This document shows positions 20,170 to 30,469 of a DNA stretch of 64,000 bases, piece after piece; position 1 is the stretch's first letter, and the number at the start of each line of letters is the position of its first letter. Origin of the DNA: an uncultured delta proteobacterium (GTDB lineage Bacteria; Desulfobacterota; Binatia; UBA9968). The notes beneath the pieces were generated by a model. That model did no database searches and was not told the DNA's origin. It saw only the letters and a list, made by a program, of their open reading frames with translations. Location: the NCBI GenBank assembly GCA_963745835.1, contig CAVUZH010000013.1:192001-256000 (forward strand), given 5' to 3'. The translations under genes and the position numbers were made by a program.

Positions 20170-21008
20170 AGAAAAATCTCTCAATATTGACCAATGCCGC
20201 GTTGATCAAACTTTATGATCGAGCGGCTATTAGCGATTCTAGGTACGATCTTCTGATTAGAGTAAATACATTTAACTCGGAAATGATGATTGAATATTCA
20301 GCCGCTACGAAACTTCACGACGGGACCAAAACCTGCCATGCTGGGGTTTTGACTGCAGACGGCTATTCTCGATTGCGACACTGTTAACCAACGAGAAGTC
20401 TTAGTATACATGAAGATCTATAATTAGACTGCCATTGCAAACTTTATTGTGGAAATCCGCGACCGACGGCGAAATATCGAATTCTATCGGTGACCCTACT
20501 CGGCAACTTCTGAGAAGGCTTTGATGCAAAGCCACGAATGTGTCCCGCGCACAATTTTTTGGGATTGCGACTGTCGCTTTTGAAGTACAGGAGGTTTGCT
20601 CAGATCCCAGAACGTAACTGGCGAGCTGATGGCATCTTCCTTGCGGAACGTATGTGCGACAGAAACTATTGAAGAGGAGCCGGAAAATGCCGAATATTTT
20701 CATTTTTGGCTGAAGCGCCGGCTTCTTCAGGGCTATTGGGTGGAGCCGACCGTGGAGTTCAAGCGGGACGGGCCGGGGGTCTCTTGGGCGGATCGTTTCG
20801 CAAGGCAGCTTTCGCCGGCATCGCCGCTATGCTTGTCAAGCGAATGCTGCGGCGCAAATCGTTTGAGCGCCATCCGAGCTGCAGTCTCTTGAACGTCAGC
20901 CCTCGACGCACCTGGGAGAAGCCCGTTCGCTCTTGTTGAAACAGATTCGCTCCAATCGTAAGCCGGAACAAGCGATGCGCCGAGTGGTTCTTTGGGTGTG
21001 AGACAGCT

Positions 21009-21774
21009 ATGGCCGTAGAGCCGGCAGTTAAGGCCCCAGCTTCTGGAGATCCCGAGCAGGAGAAGCCGACGGCTGCTCCTACAGCACGTCAGACTCAATC
21101 CTTACTCGTGGCGCTGATAGTGCTAACCTTCAACACAGGGCTGATCGATGCGGTTAGCTATATCGGACTCGGACGTGTGTTCGTCGCCAACATGACGGGC
21201 AACGTTGTTCTCTTGGCATTCGCCGCAGCCGAAGTTTCCGGCCTATCGGTCACCGCGCTTTATCGTCCCTTGGCGGCTTTGTTATCGGCGCGACAGTCGG
21301 CGGAAAGCTCGGCACCACCCTGGCGGCCGAGCAGTCGGCTCCCGTTGATCCTTAGCGCAGGAATTATAGAAGCACTCTTGATCTTTGCCGCGGCCGTGAG
21401 CGCGATTCGATTCGATATGCGGTCTTCGGCGCCGACGCATCAACTGTATGCAATGATCGTTTTGACGGCATTATCGATGGGACTGAGGAATGCTACGGTC
21501 CGGCAACTCGGTGTGCAGATATCACGACTACGGTTCTAACCCTGACATTGACCGGCTTGGCCGCGGATCGTCCGTCGCCGGGGGCAGTAACCCGCGGCCG
21601 GCGCGCAGCATCTTCTCAATAATCGCCCTGTTCATCGGCGCGCTGTCCGGTGCTTACCTTCTGCGCTATGGAGTAGCGTTACCGCTCTTCGTCACCGGAG
21701 CTTGCGTGCTCTTCCCACCGCGGCATATGCCGCCATCGCCGCGACAGCGGAAAAGGAAGCTAGCAGGCTGCTGA
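21009..21774 (+). pseudogene. YoaK/DUF1275 family membrane protein, multiply frameshifted
   Basis: GLIDAVSY...VFVANMTGNVV and MGLRNA in one frame; FVIGATVGG, DITTTVLTLTLTGLAAD and LFIGALSGA in other frames (about 4 or more shifts). Confidence 0.8.
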
Positions 21775-21890
21775 AAAAGACGCATATCCTTCGTTGCGGT
21801 CGATCGTCTCGCTACAACGTACTCCCTAAGTACGCCCCCGCTCGCCGATTACTCGCGCGCCTCGGCGCTAACTCTTTTTGAGCAGCCTGC
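21763..21890 (-). repeat. ~127-bp MITE-like structured repeat, copy 1
   Basis: Ends GCAGGCTGCTGAAAAAGA ... TCTTTTTGAGCAGCCTGC; internal CGTACT-N4-AGTACG hairpin; reverse orientation relative to copies 2-4. Confidence 0.85.
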
Positions 21891-21940
21891 AATCTGCGTT
21901 TTTCATCACCTGCTAGGCTAGTACGCAGTGTGAACGACGG

Positions 21941-23280
21941 TCAGCCGCTTGCCTCGGAATCGCTGATGTTTGCCGAAACGAGGTCAGGACGTCTTTTTTC
22001 GTAGAGCCTCATCAGTGGCGTGACTGAAATTCCATGAACTAAGACCGACACCGCCACGGCCGTTAAGGTCACGCCTACTAAAGTCGTCGCCAGCTGCGGC
22101 GCTAGACCATGATTGATGGCGTAGGCCAAGTAATATATCGATCCGATGCCGCGTATGCCGAACCAGCCGATTAGGTTTCGTTGAGCCATAGAGGTTGATG
22201 AGCCAAGCAGCCCAGACCAGACGGAAACGGGACGAACTACAAGCAGCAGCACTAAAACGAACCACAGGGCATTGAAAGAAAGAAAGCGCGCCGAAAGCAT
22301 CCCCCCGACCAGAACAACGACGGCGACCTCACCGATACGCTCCAACTGTTCGTTGAACCCGAGCACTGCCTGAGCCATGTACGCGGGGGCTCTTTGAGGA
22401 TCGGTCGCGAACTCCTCGGCTTCTCCGCTCACAGACATACTTTTGATTTCCTCGGGGGAACCTTCTGCGTGATAACGCTCAATGCGCCGCAACGCGAGCC
22501 CGGCGGCGAACACGGCAAGAAATCCATACGCGCCGATCAGCAATGCTGAGCCGTAGGAAAGGGCGATCAGGCCCAGCGCTAGAAAATCGTCGGTACCAAT
22601 TGCCTCCTTGTGTTCGCGGCGGAGATAAAGAACAAACCTTCCTACCAGGTTTCCCAGTAGACTGCCGATACCTAGGCCGCCGACAATTGCCCACAGAACG
22701 TCGATTGCCAACCACCGCCATCCGAAATCTCCGAGCTCGTGCAACCCGAGCAGTCCCAACCCTAGCATCACGAAGGGAAAGGCGGTTCCGTCGTTCAATC
22801 CGGCTTCTCCCGTCAGGCTAAACCTCAAACTATCGACGTCCCACGGATGTTCGGTCTGCACGTCGGAAGCAAGAACGGGGTCCGTTGGAGCAAGGATGGC
22901 ACCGAGCAGCACAGCGGCGCCAAGCGGAAGATTGAGCCCTACGACACCGATTAGCGCCACCAATCCAACGGTTACGGTCATGGAAACAAGCGCAAGCCTT
23001 ACAGGCAATCGCCACCCCTTCCCTGAGAGAGGCAACCGGAGCTTCAGGCCCGCGGTAAAAAGCGAGACGATGACCGCGACTTCTATGTAAGCCCTTCCAA
23101 CAGCGAGGAGTGCTCGACAGGATCTAATTGGATCAGCCCTAGAAAAAATGGTCCGAGCAAAATACCGACGGCTAGATACAACAGCGAAGTGGTCAGTGGC
23201 AGGCGCTTGAGCAGCGACATCGAGACCGCCATCACGACCAGAAGCGCGCCGATGATAACGTATACGACTGCAACCTTCAC
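21941..23280 (-). pseudogene. CPA1/NhaP-type cation:proton antiporter with a frameshift near 23085
   Basis: N-terminus (23083-23280) and body (LFTAGL, LAPTDPVLA, GEAGLNDG, WFGIRGIGS) are in different frames; there appear to be 2 extra nt (CTT ACA ta GAA GTC). Confidence 0.8.
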
Positions 23281-23721
23281 GAGAGATCACGGTTAGGAAT
23301 GAATGTCCGGTTGTACCGTGCAGAATAACCGCGCGAATTGATCATCCTCTACTTTAGCACGGACACGGCCGGTAAAGGAGGTTGGATCTTAAGTGACCGA
23401 ACCAGTATTTCCCAGCTTAAAACCCTGAAGATATGGTGGCAGTAAATGACTTACTTGATAGAGGCGCTTAGGCAGAAGAAAAGACAATGCGAGTCAAAGA
23501 GCTTGATCACCTAAAAAGATTGAATAAGAGCCAAGCCAGTGGGAACTGCTCGTGCAACCAACTCAAACGGATAGTCAAGAATCGACCAGGGATTTTCCGG
23601 CTCGTTCCTTTTTGCTCGCTTGAGTTAATGTCGGGGAAGTTTTTTGTTCATTGCATTAGAAATTTTCTTTTACAGGCTGCTAGTTTACCGTTGCATTAGC
23701 AAGAGAGACTATGGAACTCTT

Positions 23722-23737
23722 TGGTATGTTCCTTGCT
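23722..23737 (+). promoter_or_regulatory. Putative sigma54 promoter
   Basis: TGGTATGTTCCTTGCT with correct spacing, 15 nt before ATG 23752. Confidence 0.5.
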
Positions 23738-23751
23738 GATCCGCACCCGCC

Positions 23752-24213
23752 ATGGAAATCACATGGAACCTTAGTCAACACTCGGAGCAAACAAACGCCG
23801 TCCGCGGTGAGGCAGATTATTCCGCCTACTCGCTGCGAGAATTATTTAAATTACGTTACTGGTCTGATGCCGATCGCGAGCGCCATGGAGAAAATCGACT
23901 CGAAGCCGAAATTCGAAAGCGATGCGCGCATATTCAAGAGCGCACCAACCAGAGAAAATCTGCCGTCGATGACTCGGCTCATTGCTACAGACCTTACGGG
24001 CTCATCTTCGGAGTAGTTTTCATTGTGCTTTCTAGCGGGCCGTTCGTCGCCGTTAAATTCCTCGACGCGCTGAGCATCATGACTGACGTTAATGGAGATT
24101 ATGCGCTGTTAACGGGTCTTTGGGCGGTGCTCACGCTTCCATTCGCGTCAATGATCTATTTGATCGGCGGCATGATGGATGCGGAGCGGGTCGTAAAATG
24201 GTTCAATTTGTAG
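23752..24213 (+). CDS. Hypothetical membrane protein
   Basis: 153-aa ORF; soluble N-terminus and two C-terminal TM segments. Confidence 0.55.
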   Translation: MEITWNLSQHSEQTNAVRGEADYSAYSLRELFKLRYWSDADRERHGENRLEAEIRKRCAHIQERTNQRKSAVDDSAHCYRPYGLIFGVVFIVLSSGPFVAVKFLDALSIMTDVNGDYALLTGLWAVLTLPFASMIYLIGGMMDAERVVKWFNL

Positions 24214-24616
24214 CCTCATGACGTCCTGCCTTTTCAATTCTGGTAAAATGATCCGAGGGAGAAATATGCGGGAAACTCTGCTGCTCGAACCAAGTTCAAC
24301 AAATTGCCTCGTTCTCGCTTCATCTAAACTTTCGCCTTCTCACATCCAGAAGCTTTCGTTCCGGCTCATGTAGCCTGATCTCGTCTGAATATTATTTTGC
24401 GCATTTCAGCCGCTGGTGCTGGCATCTGAAGAGATCAGCATGTTTAAAAAAGTAACTGCCTCCGAACCCACCTGCCTGCCGGCCGTGAGTCCGCTTGAAC
24501 AAGCTCATTCCTGATCATTCCTAATCTCGTCGATAGAACCGGCGGAGACCTGGCAATACCTGATAAAACGCCGCCAGGACTTTTCACATTCGTTCTTCTG
24601 TGGTGTTTTAAGAGAT

Positions 24617-25135
24617 ATGGCGCAGCCTAAGCTACCCTTACCGCTGTCTTTTGAAGAAATCATGCAGCGCCATCAGCGCGAAATCATGCGCTACCTGCTG
24701 CGCCTGTCGAGCAATCCCGAAGATGCCGCAGACCTGTTCCAGGAAACCTGGTTGCGCGCCTACCGCGCCTATCCCAGACTCGAGGTCGAGGACAGCGTGC
24801 GTCCGTGGTTGTACACGATTGCGAGCAACCTGTGGCGCAACCGCGTACGTGATTCCGCGCGCCGCGCCCGGGTGCTCATAGCGGATGAGAAGGCAGTACC
24901 CGCAGCGGATTTGATCGCAAAGGATCATCGAGTAGATCATGAAACCGAAGGCTACGCCGCGGTTCATCTGCGCGAGCTAATCGCTGATCTGCCGGCGAAA
25001 CAGCAACAGGCGCTGCATTTGCGCTACTTCGCCGGCCTTAATTATGCGGAAATAGCCAATGCCATTGACTGTTCGGAAGAAAGCGCGCGGGCAAATGTTT
25101 CCCAGGCTATCGGAAAGCTCAAGAAAAGATGGTGA
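24617..25135 (+). CDS. ECF-type RNA polymerase sigma factor
   Basis: Region 2 DAADLFQETWLRAY...WLYTIASN; region 4 LPAKQQQALHLRYFAGLNYAEIA. Confidence 0.93.
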   Translation: MAQPKLPLPLSFEEIMQRHQREIMRYLLRLSSNPEDAADLFQETWLRAYRAYPRLEVEDSVRPWLYTIASNLWRNRVRDSARRARVLIADEKAVPAADLIAKDHRVDHETEGYAAVHLRELIADLPAKQQQALHLRYFAGLNYAEIANAIDCSEESARANVSQAIGKLKKRW

Positions 25136-25944
25136 AAGTTATGAAAATGGAAACTCTCATTGGATCAGCCACGATCGACAGCCCGGAAGAAGTCATCCAA
25201 GGATTGTTGCTTCGCTCTTCTGCTAAGCTCGACAAGGCGCTAGAACGGGTTCGCAGACCACAAGCGGCGGTCGGTGTTGTGAAATCAAAATTGGGCGATC
25301 TGCTGGTAGCCCTGAGTGCCAGCGGCATTGTGCTTAATCATTACATCGAGCAAAGTAGCGATGTCGCGGCGGCCCTTTCAAAGCTGCGATTGCAGTTCGA
25401 TCCGGTTGAGGATCGGCGGGTTGTCACGGCAGTCGGCGAGGAGGTTGACCGCTATCTCACTGGTGCGGCTAATGCGCTGCGCCATCATGTTGATTTGACT
25501 CTTGTCGGCAATCCGTTCCAAAAGAAGGTCCTGGACAAGCTCGAAGCGGTCCCGCGCGGAGCGCTGATCAGCTATCAAGGATTGGGGGCTGCCATCGGTT
25601 CCGCAAGTAGCGCTCGGGCGGTCGGCAATGCGCTGCACAACAATCCCGTGCCGATTTACGTTCCATGCCATCGGGTGATTGCATCAGACGGACGAATCGG
25701 TGGATACGGTGGCGGCCTTGGGCGTAAACGCCAGTTGCTGCGCAGCGAAGGTTTTGCGCTCGGTGATGGCGCTCTAAAAGTTCCCGACAACGTGGTTTGG
25801 GGACACAGGATAACCCAGATTTTCTGTCGAGCCGGCTGCCGCGCTGTGGCGCGGGTGAGTCGTGGACGAATGCTTTTCTTCGCCGATCAAAAAGCTGCCC
25901 GGCAGGCGGGGTTACGCCCATGCAAGATTTGCCGGCCCGACTAG
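25129..25944 (+). CDS. O6-alkylguanine-DNA alkyltransferase (MGMT) with C-terminal Ada-type zinc domain
   Basis: ARAVGNAL..NP..YVPCHRV active site; C-terminal FCRAGC...AGLRPCKICRP. Exact start uncertain (25129-25147). Confidence 0.9.
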   Translation: MVKVMKMETLIGSATIDSPEEVIQGLLLRSSAKLDKALERVRRPQAAVGVVKSKLGDLLVALSASGIVLNHYIEQSSDVAAALSKLRLQFDPVEDRRVVTAVGEEVDRYLTGAANALRHHVDLTLVGNPFQKKVLDKLEAVPRGALISYQGLGAAIGSASSARAVGNALHNNPVPIYVPCHRVIASDGRIGGYGGGLGRKRQLLRSEGFALGDGALKVPDNVVWGHRITQIFCRAGCRAVARVSRGRMLFFADQKAARQAGLRPCKICRPD

Positions 25945-25986
25945 CAGTTTGATGAATAATTTTGCAGGGGCACTAACGAACTTCGG

Positions 25987-26902
25987 ATGAGAGCGCAATC
26001 CATAGAAACGCCGGGTCGTTTGAGCAACAGCGTCAAGATGAACTTGCCTTTCAAAACGCCCTACGATTGGCAGGCGATCATCCAGTACTTTCAGTCACAT
26101 TCCATCCCGGGAGTCGAACGGGTCACGGCCGATTCCTTCGCGCGCGTGTTTCGCGTAAAAAATAAACTCGGCTTCGTCGAAGTTCGACCGCTTCTCGCCA
26201 AATCGCAGCTGAAAGTTTGGATCGCTGTCTGAAGATCCCAAAACAATATCCGAAACGGCGCGCCGGATTCGAAAAATGTTCGACTTGGATTGCGATCCTG
26301 TGCTGATTGCGAAGAGCTTCGAGCGCATTCCGGTGCTGGCGGCCCTATGCCGCCGCTTTCCCGGTCTCAGAGTGGCTCGCGGCTGGGACTGCTTCGAAAC
26401 CGCAATATGTACGATCTTGGGGCAACTCGTTTCTGCCGGGCACAGAGAACGTCTGATCGCTCAACTGGTAAGCAACTATGGCGAGGAGGTAGTCGATCCC
26501 TCGACATCAAAAAGAGCATACTTATTTCCCGGCGCCGGAGTCCTGGCTAGCTCGGATCTAAGCGCGATCGGAACGACCAGCGCTAGGCGAGAGGCCATCC
26601 GAGATTTCAGCCGGCGCGTGCTGAGCCGGGCAATTTCTTTCGCCGAAGATCAGGATCCCGCCGCGTTTCGCGAGGCGCTTCTCGAAACCAGAGGGCTCGG
26701 CCCGTGGTCGGCTGAATATATCAGACTTCGAAACGGTGATACCGACGCGTTTCCCAACACGGATTTAATTCTCAAACGAGTTCTCGATCTTCATTCGGAT
26801 TTGGATTTAGAACGAATCAAGCCTTGGGGATCGTATGCGGCGGTTTACCTGTGGAAGGAATTTGCCCAAACGCTCTCCAGGAAGGGAAAGAAACAAGCAT
26901 GA
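25987..26902 (+). pseudogene. alkA: AlkA-like 3-methyladenine DNA glycosylase with a +1 frameshift near 26225
   Basis: AlkA_N (PYDW...IPGVE) in 25987-26232 continues in another frame as SEDPKTISETARRIRKMFDLD, ILGQLVS and HhH GLGPWSAEY...DAFP. Confidence 0.8.
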
Positions 26903-27399
26903 TGCTGTCCTATAAAGAATTGGAATCACCGGTGGGCAAACTCAAGCTGGTGGCAAATGCCAATGCTCTCGTCGCAATACTGTGGGAGCGGGAACGACCC
27001 AACCGGATCAAGCTCGCGATGCTCAAATACAATCCGCAACAACCGATCCTGGTAGAGGCTGAACGGCAGCTACAAGAGTATTTCGCCGGCACAAGAAACG
27101 AGTTCCATCTTCCGCTTGAGCCCGCTGGGACCGAATTCCAGAAGAAGGTCTGGCGGGCGTTGCGAGAAATTCCCTTCGGTCAAACCAGGAGCTATCTGGA
27201 TTTAGCCAAGAGCATCGGCTCAGCGAAGGCCGTCCGCGCAGTTGGCGCCGCCAATGGCAAGAATCCGTTGTCGATCATCGTGCCGTGTCATCGCGTCATC
27301 GGCGCGAATGGAGCACTGACCGGCTTTGCCGGCGGGGTTGAAGTCAAGGCGAAGCTCTTGGCTCACGAAGGATGCCGGAGCTTTTCCGCGCGCTTCTAG
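26899..27399 (+). CDS. ogt: Methylated-DNA--protein-cysteine methyltransferase
   Basis: SPVGKL, GTEFQKKVW, RAVGAANGKNP, VPCHRVIG; ATGA overlap with the alkA stop. Confidence 0.95.
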   Translation: MMLSYKELESPVGKLKLVANANALVAILWERERPNRIKLAMLKYNPQQPILVEAERQLQEYFAGTRNEFHLPLEPAGTEFQKKVWRALREIPFGQTRSYLDLAKSIGSAKAVRAVGAANGKNPLSIIVPCHRVIGANGALTGFAGGVEVKAKLLAHEGCRSFSARF

Positions 27400-27410
27400 G
27401 AAGAACATTC

Positions 27411-28127
27411 ATGAGCGCCCCAGCGGCAACTGGAGAAAGGAAAATCGACTGGGAGCGGGCATGCCCTGTCCTCGACGAACGTGGCTTTGCGGTGCTCCCC
27501 GGCGTGCTCACGCAGAAAAACTGTCAAGAGATCGTTCGCTACTACACCGATGATCATCGGTTCCGCTCGCGAATCGAGATGGCCCGTTATTCTTTCGGCC
27601 AGGGCGAATATAAATATTTCAACTATCCGCTACCGTCTATTGTTCAACAACTCAGGTCTTCCATTTATCCGCATCTCGCCGCGCTTGCCAATCGATGGGG
27701 CGGCCGGCTTGGAAGTAAATTGCCTCTTTATCCTGAAACGCTCGCGGACTTTCTTGACCAGTGTCATCGGGCCGGCCAAAGCCGTCCAACGCCATTGCTG
27801 CTGAAATATGGCGCCGGTGATTTCAACTGCCTGCACCAGGATCTTTACGGTGACAGCGTGTTTCCCTTTCAACTCACCTTTTTCTTGAGTCAACGCGGCT
27901 CCGACTTCACCGGCGGTGAATTCGTGCTTGCCGAACAGCAGCCGCGCCGGCAATCTCGGGTGGAAGTGCTCTCTCCCGAGCAGGGCGACGCGGTAATCTT
28001 TGCAGTTCATCATCGACCTGTTAAAGGGGCGCGCGGCTACTACCGGGCCAACCTTCGTCACGGCGTCAGCACGATTCATTCCGGGCAGCGATACACCCTG
28101 GGGATCATTTTCCATGACGCGAAGTGA
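27411..28127 (+). CDS. 2OG-Fe(II) oxygenase (DUF2086-like)
   Basis: FGQGEYKYF, NCLHQDLYG (HxD), LRHGVS, RYTLGIIFHDA. Confidence 0.85.
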   Translation: MSAPAATGERKIDWERACPVLDERGFAVLPGVLTQKNCQEIVRYYTDDHRFRSRIEMARYSFGQGEYKYFNYPLPSIVQQLRSSIYPHLAALANRWGGRLGSKLPLYPETLADFLDQCHRAGQSRPTPLLLKYGAGDFNCLHQDLYGDSVFPFQLTFFLSQRGSDFTGGEFVLAEQQPRRQSRVEVLSPEQGDAVIFAVHHRPVKGARGYYRANLRHGVSTIHSGQRYTLGIIFHDAK

Positions 28128-28303
28128 GAGTGAGCGGCTGCTCGAGTTGATCGATTAATGTGGATCTAAGGCAAGACGCGGGCTCGATACTTTTTTCGCG
28201 ATGCTTGTGAGCTTGCGAACCAGGTTCACCTTCTCCAAGCACTAGATTGTTTCGTGAAAGAGTCGCCGGTCGGGCAATCCCGAAGCCACGCCTCGTTGTG
28301 GCC

Positions 28304-28900
28304 TTAGGTTTTGCTTGGATCGAAGTATTGGTCGCCGCCGCGGGTTCTGATGAATGCTTCGAATTGGCCCAGAAGATCCGTCGGTTCGTTCGCCAGGATC
28401 AGTAATGAGCGATGCTTCGGCTTGAGGAAACCATGCTCCACCGCATGATCGAGAAACTCGATGAGACGATCGTAGTAGCCGCCGGTGTTCAAAAGGCCGC
28501 AAGGCTTGCGGTGAATGCCTAGCTGAGCCCAGCTAAGCACTTCGAAGAACTCCTCCATCGTGCCAATGCCGCCGGGCATCGCGATGAAGCCGTCTGACAA
28601 CTCGGCCATCATGGCTTTGCGTTCGTGCATCGATTGTACAATGCGCAATTCGGAGAGACCGCGGTGCGCGACCTCTTTATTGACCAACGAGTCGGGGATT
28701 ACACCGGTGACATGGCCGCCTAGGTCCAGGACAGCCTCGGCAATGACCTTCATCAGCCCCACATTACCGCCACCGTAAACCAGGCTATAATTGCGCCCAA
28801 CTAACTCACGGCCCAGTTGTCGCGCCGCCTCTGCATATTGCGGATTGCTTCCGTGCCTGGAACCCGTGAATACGCAGATTCTTTTAATCGGGTGGATCAT
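28304..28900 (-). CDS. LOG family nucleotide phosphoribohydrolase (TIGR00730-like)
   Basis: LVYGGGNVGLM, MHERK, PGGIGTMEE. Confidence 0.93.
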   Translation of the reverse strand: MIHPIKRICVFTGSRHGSNPQYAEAARQLGRELVGRNYSLVYGGGNVGLMKVIAEAVLDLGGHVTGVIPDSLVNKEVAHRGLSELRIVQSMHERKAMMAELSDGFIAMPGGIGTMEEFFEVLSWAQLGIHRKPCGLLNTGGYYDRLIEFLDHAVEHGFLKPKHRSLLILANEPTDLLGQFEAFIRTRGGDQYFDPSKT

Positions 28901-28960
28901 GCTCGTATGTACGCGCTTATTTGCCGGACCGCTTCCGCCGATATTCCCGGCAACCGGAGC

Positions 28961-29962
28961 TTACTTCCACAGCCGGTTAATGAATCCTTCCTTATCCAAC
29001 TCCTGAAAAAAACGGTTGTCGATGAACTGCTCGGGTGTCAGTTTCGCGACCCGCGGATCGGTTTCCGCCATTTGCTGCATCACGGTTTTGAGTGCCTCCG
29101 CCGAAGGACGCGGGATCCTCGGAATGTTTTGCAGAATATACAGATCGTAGAGGTCATTAAAGATCGCCGCATCGCTGCTCCGGAGATACTTTTGCATCAC
29201 CTGAATACTGAAAGCGCGCTGGGTCTTGCCATGGTGCACCCCTTCAACAAAGCCACGGATAAACTTGCGTACCGTATTTTCCTGACGTTTGATAAAAGAA
29301 CGGGTGGTGACAATCGAAGAGGTCGGAAAATTAAGTCCCATCTTGGCGATGTCGGCCAGCTCCCTGAAGCCCTCCTTACGCGCGACAATCGCCAGCTCCG
29401 CATTAACCACTGCAGCATCGAGCGCGCCGGCCCTGAGCGCGTTCAAAAGATCCGGCATGCCACCGAGCTGCAGCACGGCAAAATCCCGCTGCCGCTTGAC
29501 CGGCCATTGATCTTCGACATAGCGCAAGCCGAAGTCGGTGGCCGAACCGAAACGTGAAATGCCGATTTTCTTTCCCTTCAAATCTTCCGCGCGACGAATC
29601 TCCGGCCGTGTCATTACGGAAAAAGTCATGACATTCATCGAACTGCCAATTACTACCAGATCGCCGCCGGCAAGATGCGAGTTGATAACCGCGCCGCCGG
29701 TGAAGATACCGATGGGAATTTCTCCCGATTGCACGACCTGCGCCGCGCGACCACCGCCGCCGACGTACAGCAGTTCTACATCCAAGCCATGCTTGCGAAA
29801 AATTCCTGCTTCGTAAGGAATCCAAACCGATGCCTGCGAGCCGCCAATGGCGCTATAGGTCACTCTGAGCCTCTCAAGCCCCGGCTGAGCGTTCGCTCGC
29901 GGGACTGCATTTGCTAGAAGCAGCCAGAGAACCGGTAGCAGATAGCTATGGAGTTTCCTCAC
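28961..29962 (-). CDS. NMT1/THI5-like ABC substrate-binding protein (orphan)
   Basis: Signal peptide; GIFRKHGLDVEL, DLKGKKIGISRFGSATD, QELDKEGFI. Confidence 0.88.
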   Translation of the reverse strand: MRKLHSYLLPVLWLLLANAVPRANAQPGLERLRVTYSAIGGSQASVWIPYEAGIFRKHGLDVELLYVGGGGRAAQVVQSGEIPIGIFTGGAVINSHLAGGDLVVIGSSMNVMTFSVMTRPEIRRAEDLKGKKIGISRFGSATDFGLRYVEDQWPVKRQRDFAVLQLGGMPDLLNALRAGALDAAVVNAELAIVARKEGFRELADIAKMGLNFPTSSIVTTRSFIKRQENTVRKFIRGFVEGVHHGKTQRAFSIQVMQKYLRSSDAAIFNDLYDLYILQNIPRIPRPSAEALKTVMQQMAETDPRVAKLTPEQFIDNRFFQELDKEGFINRLWK

Positions 29963-30060
29963 GAAACCCTCCCTCAAGCCGCAAGACACGTCAGTGCCCG
30001 GGAATACACGTTGCCAACTATTGTTGTTGCATCGGAAGTAAGAATCGACAAAAAACTGGA

Positions 30061-30309
30061 TTATTTCTCCGCCGGATTATCGGTTTCATTCTTGTTGGCA
30101 CCTCTGATATTCATGCCGGCAAGGATCATCTGCAGTATCACCATCGCCCAAGCTCGAGCGTACCAGCCCCAGACAATCCAAAGCGCATTGCTCAACAAGA
30201 AGCACCAAAACCCGATCATCCTGCGAATCTTTCGCTGCGAGCCAATGAGCCAGGCAGCGATAACCGTCACGACCATCGCCGGCCACTGAAGAGCATCTAG
30301 CCAATCCAT
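30061..30309 (-). CDS. Small hypothetical membrane protein
   Basis: QWPAMVVT..AAWLIGS...GFWCFLLSNALWIVWG; three TM segments. Confidence 0.7.
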   Translation of the reverse strand: MDWLDALQWPAMVVTVIAAWLIGSQRKIRRMIGFWCFLLSNALWIVWGWYARAWAMVILQMILAGMNIRGANKNETDNPAEK

Positions 30310-30469
30310 CGATAATGTCCATTGCTTGAGACAACGACCAGACCTGAGTTCATCTTTGATCAGCAGCAGAATCGTGATTCATAGATCCGATTTTCTCAAA
30401 ATACGGTGAATCGGATCAAGGATTGTCCGTGCCACGTCGGCTGAGCGGGTAAGATCTTGAATGCGGCTC

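Noticed and set aside
20596-20939. ORFs 20596-20892 and 20706-20939 as genes
   Set aside because: No convincing start or RBS; at most a decayed C-terminal remnant (KAAFAGIAAMLVKRM).
26221-26290. TGA at 26230-26232 in alkA as a possible selenocysteine codon (tRNA-Sec is present)
   Set aside because: AlkA homology continues in a different frame, so this is a frameshift and not readthrough.
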